Assembly (NCBI RefSeq): GCF_030013205.1
Contig: NZ_CP122648.1
Length of the DNA stretch: 64,000 nucleotides
Source: Escherichia coli
Lineage (GTDB): Bacteria > Pseudomonadota > Gammaproteobacteria > Enterobacterales > Enterobacteriaceae
Strand: one strand, 5' to 3'
The notes beneath the pieces were generated by a model. That model worked only from the letters and a program-made list of their open reading frames with translations. It did no database searches and was not told the origin of the DNA. The position numbers and the translations under genes were made by a program. This document shows positions 23,449-34,244 of the stretch, piece by piece. Every line of letters begins with the position of its first letter. Positions within the stretch are counted from its first letter, which is position 1.

Positions 23449-23952
23449 TTACTGATAGTGTTTTATGTTCAGATAATGCCCGATGACCTTGTCATGCAGC
23501 TCCACCGATTTTGAGAACGACAGTGACTTCCGTCCCAGCCTTGCCAGATGTTGTCTCAGATTCAGGTTATGCCGCTCAATGCGCTGAGTATAACGCTTGC
23601 TGATAACGTGCAGCTTTCCCTTCAGGCGTGATTCATACAGCGGCCAGCCATCCGTCATCCATACCACGACCTCAAAGGCCGACAGCAGGCTCAGAAGACG
23701 CTCCAGTGTGGCCAGAGTGCGTTCACCGAAGACGTGCGCCACAACCGTCCTCCGCATCCTGTCATACGCGTAAAACAGCCAGCGCTGACGTGATTTAGCA
23801 CCGACGTAGCCCCACTGTTCGTCCATTTCAGCGCAGACAATCACATCACTGCCCGGTTGTATGCGCGAGGTTACCGACTGCGGCCTGAGTTTTTTAAGTG
23901 GCGGAAAATCGTGTTGAGGCCAACGCCAATAATGCGTGCACTGGCGCGACAT
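23449..23952 (-). CDS. insB: IS1 transposase InsB (made as InsAB' by frameshift)
   Basis: [58 protein letters not shown]... Confidence 0.93.
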   Translation of the reverse strand: MSRQCTHYWRWPQHDFPPLKKLRPQSVTSRIQPGSDVIVCAEMDEQWGYVGAKSRQRWLFYAYDRMRRTVVAHVFGERTLATLERLLSLLSAFEVVVWMTDGWPLYESRLKGKLHVISKRYTQRIERHNLNLRQHLARLGRKSLSFSKSVELHDKVIGHYLNIKHYQ

Positions 23953-24146
23953 CCGACGCCATTCATGGCCATATCAATGATTTTCTGGTGCGTACCGGGC
24001 TGAGAGGCGGCGTAAGTGAACTGTAGTTGCCATGTTTTACGGCAGTGAGAGCAGAGATAGCGCTGATGTCCGGCGGTGCTTTTGCCGTTACGCACCACCC
24101 CGTCAGTAGCTGAACAGGAGGGACAGCTGATAGAAACAGAAGCCAC
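23871..24146 (-). CDS. insA: IS1 InsA (transposition repressor)
   Basis: [42 protein letters not shown]... zinc-finger N-terminus. Confidence 0.93.
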   Translation of the reverse strand: MASVSISCPSCSATDGVVRNGKSTAGHQRYLCSHCRKTWQLQFTYAASQPGTHQKIIDMAMNGVGCRASARIIGVGLNTIFRHLKNSGRSR

Positions 24147-24196
24147 TGGAGCACCTCAAAAACACCATCATACACTAAATCAGTAAGTTGGCAGCA

Positions 24197-24988
24197 TCAC
24201 CCATCATTACCTTCTGTACCACTAGCAATTCTGGTATCATGTAACGCTTTCAGATCATTTATTTCTTCAAGTATACCACCTTCGCCTAGTAAGTATGGAA
24301 TCGTGTCATCACATACATGAGGCATTAATAGCAGATGTTCTTTCTTTATTTTTTCTAATGTACTGGCTAATGGCTTTTCTAATAACTCGTTATAATCAAT
24401 TGCGTCCTTCCAGTTCAACTGATGATTATTTAATAGAAGCGCCATATTCTTGTTAGCTTCGCGTTGGTAACACGCCAGAACCTTGTTAGTAATCAGATGT
24501 AATGAACTATCATCTTTTCTTTCAAAAGACTTACCTTCATAACGAAAACTCAAAAAATCAGATTGTGGAAATATAATGGCTGTATGTCCTTGACGAGTCC
24601 CCATAGTAGTGGTAGTAGAAAGTGAAATTTCTATAATCACCTTAGATGAATCCGCACGCTCACCTTCAGGATTATTCATAACAAAATTCATTATTTCACT
24701 GCCATCATTATTTTTGATATAAGATGAGGACTCAATATGAGCCATCATATTTCTACCCGCTTCGTTGGAGCGTTTGCTAAAATCCACATAACCCAGGGTA
24801 AATATTTTTGCCAAAAACTCCAAAAATGCTCCAGGAGATAGAATATTCCTTCTGCTATCCTGCCCCTCGGCATTACGAGCAAAATCATTCATTCCCACAC
24901 ACCAGGTATTTAAGACTTCATTTTTTGGTTTAACATTGTCGGCTGATGCCATGTGTTGATAACAATTCAAATCTGATATTTTTGCCAT
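24197..24988 (-). pseudogene. yjgL: yjgL N-terminal fragment (reading frame terminates inside IS1)
   Basis: MAKISDLNCYQHMASADNVKPKNEVLNTW...; stop codon lies within the IS1 terminus. Confidence 0.7.
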
Positions 24989-25110
24989 GACGGACTCCTT
25001 GAGTTAATAAGAACGTCTAAGCATTACAAATTCTACTCACAAAAAAATATCAAAAAACGCTCTTTTCACAAACTCGCCGTAAACCTGGAGTTATTTACGG
25101 CGAAAAGTCA

Positions 25111-25575
<465 letters not shown>

Positions 25576-25707
25576 TTAATTAAAACAATGTTTCATTTCC
25601 ACCGTTATACGAAAAGATGATCAATTCCGCTAGCCTTAACGCGTGAATTATTGTCTTATCACAACTTATCGGCAGGCGCGTTCCCGCCTTTCGGGTCAAG
25701 GCCAGCA

Positions 25708-26301
25708 TCACTCCTTGAGAATAGTTTTTATCGCTTCCCCCGCCAGTGCAGCTGTTGCACAGAGTTGTTCGATGGAGTGCCCCTCCCGTGCCTTCGCAGA
25801 AAGCCCTGACATCACGGTACTCATAAAATCAGTCACACATTGTGCGCTTTGTGGATGCCGCCTGGCGATATAGTCATAAATGGTCGTTTCTGCGGCGTGA
25901 TAATATTGAACGGCAATATCACGCGCTTGTGGATCATGACTATGAATACCTTCAAGAACCATACAGCCAGCGCAGCCGCCGTTTTGGCTATATCTGCGCG
26001 CCGCTTCTTTTAATACCTCAACCAGGCACTCGCCTACCGGACGATCATCACGAAGAATATCGGCAAGCGGAATAGCTTCCGTACCGACATATTCATTGAG
26101 TACACGGCTAAATAACCCAACTTTACTGCCAAAAGCTGCGTAGAGGCTCGGGGGGTTAATACCAAGATAATCAGTAACTTCAGCAACACTGACAGCATCG
26201 AAACCTTTTTGGTGAAAAAGCACTTTTGCCGCAGAGACTGCCTGCTCAGGAGCGAAACGTCTGGGACGACCTGGAACGCGAGATTGTTTTTTAGTGACCA
26301 T
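25708..26301 (-). CDS. bdcR: TetR-family repressor BdcR
   Basis: N-terminal TetR HTH (FHQKGFDAVSVAEVTDYLGINPPSLYAAF); divergent from bdcA. Confidence 0.88.
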   Translation of the reverse strand: MVTKKQSRVPGRPRRFAPEQAVSAAKVLFHQKGFDAVSVAEVTDYLGINPPSLYAAFGSKVGLFSRVLNEYVGTEAIPLADILRDDRPVGECLVEVLKEAARRYSQNGGCAGCMVLEGIHSHDPQARDIAVQYYHAAETTIYDYIARRHPQSAQCVTDFMSTVMSGLSAKAREGHSIEQLCATAALAGEAIKTILKE

Positions 26302-26371
26302 TACAAAACTTGTTGACAGAAAGTTAAAACAGTTTTGTAATGCATGTTACATAATAAATCAAGGAGTCCTT

Positions 26372-27085
26372 ATGGGCGCTTTTACAGGTAAGACAGTTCT
26401 CATCCTCGGTGGCAGTCGTGGAATCGGTGCCGCTATCGTACGTCGTTTCGTCACTGATGGGGCCAATGTACGATTCACCTATGCGGGGTCGAAAGATGCC
26501 GCTGAACATCTGGCACAAGAGACTGGAGCGACAGCAGTATTTACAGATAGTGCTGACAGAGACGCTGTCATTGATGTCGTTCGTAAGAGCGGCGCATTGG
26601 ATATCCTGGTGGTAAATGCAGGTATTGGCGTCTTTGGCGATGCCCTGGAATTAAATGCCGACGATATTGATCGCCTTTTCAAAATCAATATTCATGCTCC
26701 TTATCATGCCTCTGTTGAAGCCGCCCGGCAGATGCCCGAAGGCGGGCGCATCTTAATCATCGGCTCCGTGAATGGCGATCGTATGCCTGTTGCAGGCATG
26801 GCTGCTTATGCCGCCAGCAAATCTGCCCTGCAAGGCATGGCGCGCGGGCTGGCCCGTGATTTTGGACCGCGTGGGATCACCATTAACGTCGTCCAGCCAG
26901 GGCCAATTGATACCGACGCTAATCCCGCCAACGGGCCAATGCGCGATATGTTGCATAGTTTGATGGCTATCAAAAGACATGGGCAACCGGAAGAGGTCGC
27001 TGGTATGGTCGCATGGTTAGCAGGGCCAGAAGCCAGTTTTGTTACCGGCGCGATGCATACCATTGATGGCGCGTTTGGCGCATAA
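26372..27085 (+). CDS. bdcA: c-di-GMP-binding short-chain dehydrogenase BdcA
   Basis: MGAFTGKTVLILGGSRGIGAAIV Rossmann motif, YAASK catalytic motif; AGGAG RBS before ATG 26372. Confidence 0.9.
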   Translation: MGAFTGKTVLILGGSRGIGAAIVRRFVTDGANVRFTYAGSKDAAEHLAQETGATAVFTDSADRDAVIDVVRKSGALDILVVNAGIGVFGDALELNADDIDRLFKINIHAPYHASVEAARQMPEGGRILIIGSVNGDRMPVAGMAAYAASKSALQGMARGLARDFGPRGITINVVQPGPIDTDANPANGPMRDMLHSLMAIKRHGQPEEVAGMVAWLAGPEASFVTGAMHTIDGAFGA

Positions 27086-27215
27086 CCGACTACGCTCAAT
27101 TAAGCCCAGCCATTATCCATGATGTCTGGGTTTTGTTTACTCACGTCGTCCGCTAAAAGCGGCTCCCGGTAAAGAGAAATCTTCTGTTCATGTCGTAAAT
27201 CTTGAGGATAACCAA

Positions 27216-27611
27216 ATGGTAGAAAGAACCGCTGTTTTCCCTGCTGGCCGACATTCACTGTATGCTGAGCATCGTTATTCTGCGGCTATTCGTTCCGGCG
27301 ATTTGCTGTTTGTTTCCGGGCAAGTAGGAAGTCGAGAGGACGGAACACCAGAACCCGATTTTCAGCAACAAGTCAGACTGGCATTTGATAATTTGCATGC
27401 GACCCTGGCTGCTGCGGGATGCACTTTTGACGATATCATTGATGTTACGAGCTTTCATACCGATCCGGAAAAACAATTTGAAGACATCATGACGGTCAAA
27501 AATGAAATATTTAGCGCCCCTCCTTATCCAAACTGGACGGCGGTGGGCGTTACCTGGCTGGCAGGCTTTGATTTTGAAATTAAAGTGATAGCGCGCATCC
27601 CTGAGCTGTAA
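27216..27611 (+). CDS. yjgH: RidA/YjgF-family protein YjgH
   Basis: 131 aa, matches remembered YjgH. Confidence 0.85.
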   Translation: MVERTAVFPAGRHSLYAEHRYSAAIRSGDLLFVSGQVGSREDGTPEPDFQQQVRLAFDNLHATLAAAGCTFDDIIDVTSFHTDPEKQFEDIMTVKNEIFSAPPYPNWTAVGVTWLAGFDFEIKVIARIPEL

Positions 27612-27891
27612 GCAATAGTGTTAGCCGTTCGTTTTCACACTCCGCCCTATAAGTCGGATGAATGGAATAAAATGCATATCTGATTGCGTGAAAGTGAAAA
27701 AGAAAAAAGCAGGAAATGTCTGCAATTATTGATACCGAACGACAGTTCTCCTCCAGAATCAAAGCAAATAAAAATGCATACATTTTGACTTTTAATTCAA
27801 ATAAACCGTTTGCGCTGACAAAATATTGCATCAAATGCTTGCACCGCTTCTGGCTATGAGTATAATGCCGGACAATTTGCCGGGAGGATGT

Positions 27892-28026
27892 ATGGTTCAG
27901 TGTGTTCGACATTTTGTCTTACCGCGTCTGAAAAAAGACGCTGGCCTGCCGTTTTTCTTCCCGTTGATCACCCATTCCCAGCCCCTCAATCGAGGGGCTT
28001 TTTTTTGCCCAGGCGTCAGGAGATAA
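27892..28026 (+). CDS. pyrL: pyrBI leader peptide
   Basis: MVQCVRHFVLPRLKKDAGLPFFFPLITHSQPLNRGAFFCPGVRR (44 aa), ends just before pyrB. Confidence 0.9.
   Translation: MVQCVRHFVLPRLKKDAGLPFFFPLITHSQPLNRGAFFCPGVRR
27981..28007 (+). terminator. pyrBI attenuator
   Basis: gcccctcaatcgaggggc hairpin followed by an 8-T run, inside pyrL. Confidence 0.9.
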
Positions 28027-28029
28027 AAG

Positions 28030-28965
28030 ATGGCTAATCCGCTATATCAGAAACATATCATTTCCATAAACGACCTTAGTCGCGATGACCTTAATCTGGT
28101 GCTGGCGACAGCGGCGAAACTGAAAGCAAACCCGCAACCAGAGCTGTTGAAGCACAAAGTCATTGCCAGCTGTTTCTTCGAAGCCTCTACCCGTACCCGC
28201 CTCTCTTTCGAAACATCTATGCACCGCCTGGGTGCCAGCGTGGTGGGCTTCTCCGACAGCGCCAATACATCACTGGGTAAAAAGGGCGAAACGCTGGCCG
28301 ATACCATTTCGGTTATCAGCACTTACGTCGATGCGATAGTGATGCGTCATCCGCAGGAAGGTGCGGCGCGCCTGGCCACCGAGTTTTCCGGCAATGTACC
28401 GGTACTGAATGCCGGTGATGGCTCCAACCAACATCCGACGCAAACCTTGCTGGACTTATTCACTATTCAGGAAACCCAGGGGCGTCTGGACAATCTCCAC
28501 GTCGCAATGGTTGGTGACCTGAAATATGGCCGCACCGTTCACTCCCTGACTCAGGCGTTAGCGAAGTTCGATGGCAACCGTTTTTACTTCATCGCGCCGG
28601 ACGCGCTGGCAATGCCGCAATACATTCTGGATATGCTCGATGAAAAAGGGATCGCATGGAGTCTGCACAGCTCTATTGAAGAAGTGATGGCGGAAGTAGA
28701 CATCCTGTACATGACCCGCGTGCAAAAAGAGCGTCTGGACCCGTCCGAGTACGCCAACGTGAAAGCGCAGTTTGTTCTTCGCGCCAGCGATCTCCACAAC
28801 GCCAAAGCCAATATGAAAGTGCTGCATCCGCTGCCGCGTGTTGATGAGATTGCGACGGATGTTGATAAAACGCCACACGCCTGGTACTTCCAGCAGGCAG
28901 GCAACGGGATTTTCGCTCGCCAGGCGTTACTGGCACTGGTTCTGAATCGCGATCTGGTACTGTAA
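28030..28965 (+). CDS. pyrB: aspartate carbamoyltransferase catalytic subunit
   Basis: 311 aa, STRTR and HPTQ motifs. Confidence 0.97.
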
Positions 28966-28977
28966 GGGGAAATAGAG

Positions 28978-29439
28978 ATGACACACGATAATAAATTGCA
29001 GGTTGAAGCTATTAAACGCGGCACGGTAATTGACCATATCCCCGCCCAGATCGGTTTTAAGCTGTTGAGTCTGTTCAAGCTGACCGAAACGGATCAGCGC
29101 ATCACCATTGGTCTGAACCTGCCTTCTGGCGAGATGGGCCGCAAAGATCTGATCAAAATCGAAAATACCTTTTTGAGTGAAGATCAGGTAGATCAACTGG
29201 CATTGTATGCGCCGCAAGCCACGGTTAACCGTATCGACAACTATGAAGTGGTGGGTAAATCGCGCCCCAGTCTGCCGGAGCGCATCGACAATGTGCTGGT
29301 CTGCCCGAACAGCAACTGTATCAGCCATGCCGAACCGGTTTCTTCCAGCTTTGCCGTGCGAAAACGCGCCAATGACATCGCGCTCAAATGCAAATACTGT
29401 GAAAAAGAGTTTTCCCATAATGTGGTGCTGGCCAATTAA
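28978..29439 (+). CDS. pyrI: aspartate carbamoyltransferase regulatory subunit
   Basis: 153 aa, C-terminal Zn-binding Cys cluster (CPNSNCISH...CKYCEKEF). Confidence 0.97.
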
Positions 29440-29511
29440 TTGCGGTTGGTAATAAAAGTCTGGCTCCCTATAATGAGCCAGACTTTTTACCGCTGTAATA
29501 AAGGAGAAATC

Positions 29512-29898
29512 ATGAGCAAAACTATCGCGACGGAAAATGCACCGGCAGCTATCGGTCCTTACGTACAGGGCGTTGATCTGGGCAATATGATCATCACCTC
29601 CGGCCAGATCCCGGTAAATCCGAAAACGGGCGAAGTACCGGCAGACGTCGCTGCACAGGCACGTCAGTCGCTGGATAACGTAAAAGCGATCGTCGAAGCC
29701 GCAGGCCTGAAAGTGGGCGACATCGTTAAAACCACCGTGTTTGTGAAAGATCTGAACGACTTCGCAACCGTTAATGCTACCTACGAAGCCTTCTTCACCG
29801 AACACAATGCCACCTTCCCGGCACGTTCTTGCGTTGAAGTTGCCCGTCTGCCGAAAGACGTAAAAATTGAGATCGAAGCGATCGCTGTTCGTCGCTAA
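29512..29898 (+). CDS. ridA: enamine/imine deaminase RidA
   Basis: MSKTIATENAPAAIGPYVQGV...; AAGGAG RBS before ATG 29512; track ORF is N-terminally over-extended. Confidence 0.93.
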   Translation: MSKTIATENAPAAIGPYVQGVDLGNMIITSGQIPVNPKTGEVPADVAAQARQSLDNVKAIVEAAGLKVGDIVKTTVFVKDLNDFATVNATYEAFFTEHNATFPARSCVEVARLPKDVKIEIEAIAVRR

Positions 29899-29910
29899 TC
29901 TTGATGGAAA

Positions 29911-30090
29911 TCCGGGCTATCATGCCCGGATTAAATCTGATGACAAACGCAAAATTGCCTGATGCGCTACGCTTATCAGGCCTACGTGATTCCTGCAATT
30001 GATTGAATTTGTAGGCCGGATAAGGCATTTACGCCGCATCCGGCATGAACAACGCTCACTTTGTCTGCAATCTGAATCGGGGCTATCGTG
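29911..30090. repeat. ridA terminator hairpin plus REP elements
   Basis: tccgggctatcatgcccgga hairpin, then REP-type palindromes (gcctgatgcgctacgcttatcaggcctac...). Confidence 0.7.
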
Positions 30091-30103
30091 CCCAGTTTAT
30101 TCT

Positions 30104-32800
30104 TTACTGCCAGCCGTAACGACGGCTATAGAACCCTTTCACCAACTGGGTTAACGTCATATACCCTGCCAGAATCGCAACCAGCCACGGGAAATAGCTT
30201 AACGGCAGCGCCTGCAGCTGCAGATAACTGGCCAGCGGTGAAAACGGCAATGCGATCCCGACAATCATCACGATCACGGTCATGATCATTAACGGCCACG
30301 ATGCACAGCTCTGAATAAACGGCACACGGCGGGTACGGATCATATGCACAATCAGCGTTTGCGACAGTAAGCCCACCACAAACCATCCCGACTGGAACAG
30401 CGTTTGCGTTTCCGGCGTGTTGGCATGGAATACCCACCACATCAGGCAAAACGTCAGAATATCGAAGATCGAGCTGATCGGTCCGAAGAAGATCATAAAG
30501 CGCCCCAGATCCGCCGGATTCCAACGCTGCGGCTTTTGAATTTGCTCGTCGTCGACGTTATCAAACGGGATCGCCACCTGTGACACATCGTACAGCAGGT
30601 TCTGAATAAGCAAGTGTAACGGCAACATCGGCAGGAAGGGCAAGAAAGCACTCGCCACCAGCACGCTGAACACATTACCGAAGTTAGAGCTCGCCGTCAT
30701 TTTGATGTATTTCAGCATGTTGGCGAAAGTGCGACGTCCCTCAATAACCCCCTCTTCCAGCACCATCAGGCTTTTTTCCAGCAGGATGATATCAGCCGCT
30801 TCACGGGCAATATCTACCGCGCCGTCCACAGAAATGCCGATATCCGCAGCGCGTAAGGCGGGCGCATCATTAATACCATCGCCCATAAAGCCAACCACAT
30901 GCCCTTCGCGCTTCAGTAAGGTCACAATGCGTTCTTTATGCATCGGCGTCAGACGAGCAAACAGCGTGGTGCGCTGTGCGAGATTTGCCAGTTCGTCGTC
31001 AGATAGCGTTTCAATATCACTACCAATGACCACCTCTCCCGCGTCCAGCCCCACTTCATGGCACACTTTCGCTGCAACTAACTCACTGTCGCCAGTAAGG
31101 ATTTTTACGGTAATTCCACTCGCTTTTAATGCCTTCAGTGCCGGAGCAGTTGTCTCTTTTGGCGGATCAAGGAAAGCAATATATCCTTCGAGGATCAGGT
31201 CGGATTCATCCGCCCGCTGGTAATCTCCTTCACGCGCTGGCAGGTATTTCGTCGCCACCGCAACCACGCGCAGCCCCTGACGATTCAGCGTATCAGTAAC
31301 CCGCTTAATCTTACGCAGCATGATGTCATCGAGCGGCACAATCTCGCCATTGTGACGCACCTGCGAACACACATTGAGGATTTCCTGCAATGCACCTTTG
31401 CAAACCAGCTGATGGTGCTCGGTATTTTCTGCCACTACCACCGACATCCGGCGACGCTCGAAATCAAACGGAATCTCATCGATTTTTTGCCAACGACTGG
31501 CCAGCGAGCGCGCTGACTCTTCATCCGTACCTTCGAGCACCGCTGTATCGAGCAGGTTTTTAAGTCCGGTCTGATAATGACTGTTCAACCACGCGCTATG
31601 CAGCACGCGTTCGCTGGTTTTACCGGAGATATCGGTATGATTCTCCAGCACAATTTTGTCCTGTGTCAGGGTGCCAGTTTTATCAGTGCACAGAATATCC
31701 ATTGCGCCAAAGTTCTGAATAGCATCCAGATGTTTGACGATCACTTTCTGTTTCGACAGCTTTACTGCGCCGCGCGCCAGCGTCGAGGTAACAATCATCG
31801 GCAACATTTCCGGCGTTAAGCCTACCGCGACCGAAAGCGCAAACAGTGCCGCTTCCCACCAGTCGCCTTTGGTGTAACCATTGATTAACAGCACCACCGG
31901 AGCCATCACCAGCATAAAGCGAATCAGCAGCATACTGACGCGGCTGATCCCTTGCTGAAAGGCATTCGGCTCGCTTTCCTGCTCACTAACACGCCCCGCC
32001 AGTTGACCAAACCAGGTATTGGCACCTGTAGCAATCACCATTGCTTGTGCCGTGCCGCTCACCACGGTGGTGCCCATAAAACACAGGGTGTCGCACTCCA
32101 GCGGATTGCTGTGCTCCGGCTGGCGAGTGGTAGCTGCTTTTTCTACGGGCAGAGACTCACCGGTTAACGACGCCTGAGCGACGAACAGATCCCGCGCCTG
32201 CAAGATACGTAAATCTGCCGGGATCATATCCCCCGCCGCCAGTTTTATAATATCGCCGGGCACCAGCTGGTCGATCGGGATCTCCAGCCAGCCATTTTCG
32301 CCTTTGTCGTTAATTACGCGCAGCACCGTCGCAGTATTGCTGACCATCGCTTTCAGGGCATCTGCCGCTTTAGTGGAACGTGCTTCCTGAATAAAGTTCA
32401 GCAACGTAGAAATGGCGACCATTAGCGCGATAACGCCCGCGGCAAATAAATCTTCCGTGGCGTAAGAAATAGCGCCGAGAATGGTGAGTAAAATATTAAA
32501 GGGGTTGCGATAGCAGACCCATAAATGTACCCACCACGGCGACGGTTGTTGTGCGGGTAATTTATTTTCACCATGTTGTTCGCGGGCAGATTCCACTTCC
32601 GCCTGATTTAACCCTTCCGGATGGGTGTCGAACGTTTTCCACAATTCTTCTTCGGGCATCACCGCCATTTTCAGGCAATGCGCACTTAAGGACGGCGGGA
32701 CCACCGTATTCACTGTCTGCTGCGCGCCAGGCAATGGATCACGATGAACCAGACGGGAAGGTAAATGGCGAATGAGCCGGGTAAAAATTTCTTTAAACAT
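30104..32800 (-). CDS. mgtA: Mg2+-importing P-type ATPase
   Basis: 898 aa; DKTGTLT phosphorylation motif, GDGINDAPAL. Confidence 0.96.
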   Translation of the reverse strand: MFKEIFTRLIRHLPSRLVHRDPLPGAQQTVNTVVPPSLSAHCLKMAVMPEEELWKTFDTHPEGLNQAEVESAREQHGENKLPAQQPSPWWVHLWVCYRNPFNILLTILGAISYATEDLFAAGVIALMVAISTLLNFIQEARSTKAADALKAMVSNTATVLRVINDKGENGWLEIPIDQLVPGDIIKLAAGDMIPADLRILQARDLFVAQASLTGESLPVEKAATTRQPEHSNPLECDTLCFMGTTVVSGTAQAMVIATGANTWFGQLAGRVSEQESEPNAFQQGISRVSMLLIRFMLVMAPVVLLINGYTKGDWWEAALFALSVAVGLTPEMLPMIVTSTLARGAVKLSKQKVIVKHLDAIQNFGAMDILCTDKTGTLTQDKIVLENHTDISGKTSERVLHSAWLNSHYQTGLKNLLDTAVLEGTDEESARSLASRWQKIDEIPFDFERRRMSVVVAENTEHHQLVCKGALQEILNVCSQVRHNGEIVPLDDIMLRKIKRVTDTLNRQGLRVVAVATKYLPAREGDYQRADESDLILEGYIAFLDPPKETTAPALKALKASGITVKILTGDSELVAAKVCHEVGLDAGEVVIGSDIETLSDDELANLAQRTTLFARLTPMHKERIVTLLKREGHVVGFMGDGINDAPALRAADIGISVDGAVDIAREAADIILLEKSLMVLEEGVIEGRRTFANMLKYIKMTASSNFGNVFSVLVASAFLPFLPMLPLHLLIQNLLYDVSQVAIPFDNVDDEQIQKPQRWNPADLGRFMIFFGPISSIFDILTFCLMWWVFHANTPETQTLFQSGWFVVGLLSQTLIVHMIRTRRVPFIQSCASWPLMIMTVIVMIVGIALPFSPLASYLQLQALPLSYFPWLVAILAGYMTLTQLVKGFYSRRYGWQ

Positions 32801-32940
32801 AAGGAGTCCCTCCGCACTGTCTGAAACAGTACAGAAATGTCTTCAGGCGTGGCGAAGCCTTACCTGAAGGTAATAAAGCTGAGCAGGGACGTTAAAACGT
32901 CACGGCCTTACGCATCCGGTAACGCCGTGAAAAGACGGGC
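32801..32940 (-). promoter_or_regulatory. mgtA 5' leader (Mg2+/proline-responsive)
   Basis: Lies between the mgtL leader ORF and the mgtA start; assignment by position and established knowledge of the mgtLA leader. Confidence 0.6.
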
Positions 32941-32994
32941 TTACCGAAAAAGTTTTAATCTCCGTCGAGGGAGAGGCGTGGGATCAGGTTCCAT
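32941..32994 (-). CDS. mgtL: mgtA leader peptide
   Basis: [17 protein letters not shown] (17 aa), the last 18 codons of track ORF 32941-33282. Confidence 0.85.
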
Positions 32995-33178
32995 ATAACC
33001 TCCGGTAAGTGAAAAAAGCGCCGCAAATAATAAGGAGAATCCAATAATATTCGTAGCATTTATGGCGATATAATACCTGCTGGCAACTAAACCAACGATA
33101 AACCAGACTTTACCCATTGCTGAATGCACGGGTAAAGTTAGCCTCAAATAATTAAACAACACGTTACGGGACAACAGG

Positions 33179-34126
33179 ATGCAAAATCGGCTGACCATCA
33201 AAGACATCGCGCGCTTAAGCGGCGTGGGGAAATCTACGGTTTCCCGGGTGCTGAATAACGAAAGCGGCGTGAGCCAGCGCACGCGCGAGCGCGTGGAAGC
33301 AGTGATGAATCAGCATGGATTTTCCCCTTCCCGCTCTGCGCGCGCTATGCGTGGGCAAAGCGATAAAGTGGTCGCCATCATTGTTACCCGCCTGGATTCG
33401 TTGTCAGAAAATCTCGCCGTTCAAACCATGCTGCCAGCGTTCTATGAACAAGGTTACGACCCAATCATGATGGAAAGTCAGTTTTCCCCGCAATTAGTTG
33501 CCGAACATTTGGGGATCCTAAAACGGCGTAATATCGACGGCGTAGTGCTGTTCGGTTTTACCGGCATAACAGAAGAAATGTTAGCCCACTGGCAGTCATC
33601 GCTGGTTCTGCTGGCGCGTGACGCAAAAGGCTTTGCTTCGGTCTGTTATGACGACGAAGGGGCAATCAAGATCCTGATGCAACGGCTCTATGACCAGGGG
33701 CATCGTAATATCAGTTATCTCGGCGTGCCGCACAGTGACGTGACGACCGGTAAGCGACGTCACGAAGCCTACCTGGCGTTCTGCAAAGCGCATAAACTGC
33801 ATCCCGTTGCCGCTCTGCCAGGGCTTGCTATGAAGCAAGGCTATGAGAACGTAGCAAAAGTGATTACGCCTGAAACTACCGCCTTACTGTGCGCAACCGA
33901 CACGCTGGCACTTGGCGCAAGTAAATACCTGCAAGAGCAACGCATCGACACCTTGCAACTGGCGAGCGTCGGTAATACGCCGTTAATGAAATTCCTTCAT
34001 CCGGAGATCGTCACCGTAGATCCTGGTTACGCCGAAGCTGGACGCCAGGCGGCCTGCCAATTGATCGCACAGGTAACCGGGCGCAGCGAACCGCAACAAA
34101 TCATCATCCCCGCCACCCTGTCCTGA
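33179..34126 (+). CDS. treR: trehalose operon repressor (LacI family)
   Basis: N-terminal LacI HTH LTIKDIARLSGVGKSTVSRVLNN. Confidence 0.93.
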   Translation: MQNRLTIKDIARLSGVGKSTVSRVLNNESGVSQRTRERVEAVMNQHGFSPSRSARAMRGQSDKVVAIIVTRLDSLSENLAVQTMLPAFYEQGYDPIMMESQFSPQLVAEHLGILKRRNIDGVVLFGFTGITEEMLAHWQSSLVLLARDAKGFASVCYDDEGAIKILMQRLYDQGHRNISYLGVPHSDVTTGKRRHEAYLAFCKAHKLHPVAALPGLAMKQGYENVAKVITPETTALLCATDTLALGASKYLQEQRIDTLQLASVGNTPLMKFLHPEIVTVDPGYAEAGRQAACQLIAQVTGRSEPQQIIIPATLS

Positions 34127-34244
34127 TCGTTTCCTGAACGATAAATTGTGATCTTCGCTGCGTTTCGGGAACGTTCCCGTTTTTAAATTTTTCCGCGCAA
34201 TATATTCTGCAGCCAACCAAAAATGTCATCTGCCATGGGGCTTT

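Larger units (their letters stand above)
23434..24201 (-). mobile_element. IS1 insertion sequence (768 bp)
   Basis: Terminal inverted repeats ggtaatgactccaacttactgat (23434-) and atcagtaagttggcagcatcacc (-24201); insA and insB ORFs; 8-bp target duplication CATCATTA on both flanks. Confidence 0.95.

Noticed and set aside
27826-28026. 66-aa ORF upstream of pyrB
   Set aside because: The real product is the 44-aa pyrL leader starting at 27892; the longer frame is an over-extension.
30126-31223. ORFs antisense to or overlapping mgtA (30126-30524, 30702-31223)
   Set aside because: Embedded in the mgtA coding region with no independent support.
32941-33282. 113-aa ORF upstream of mgtA
   Set aside because: Only the last 18 codons correspond to the known mgtL leader; the upstream extension is an over-called frame.
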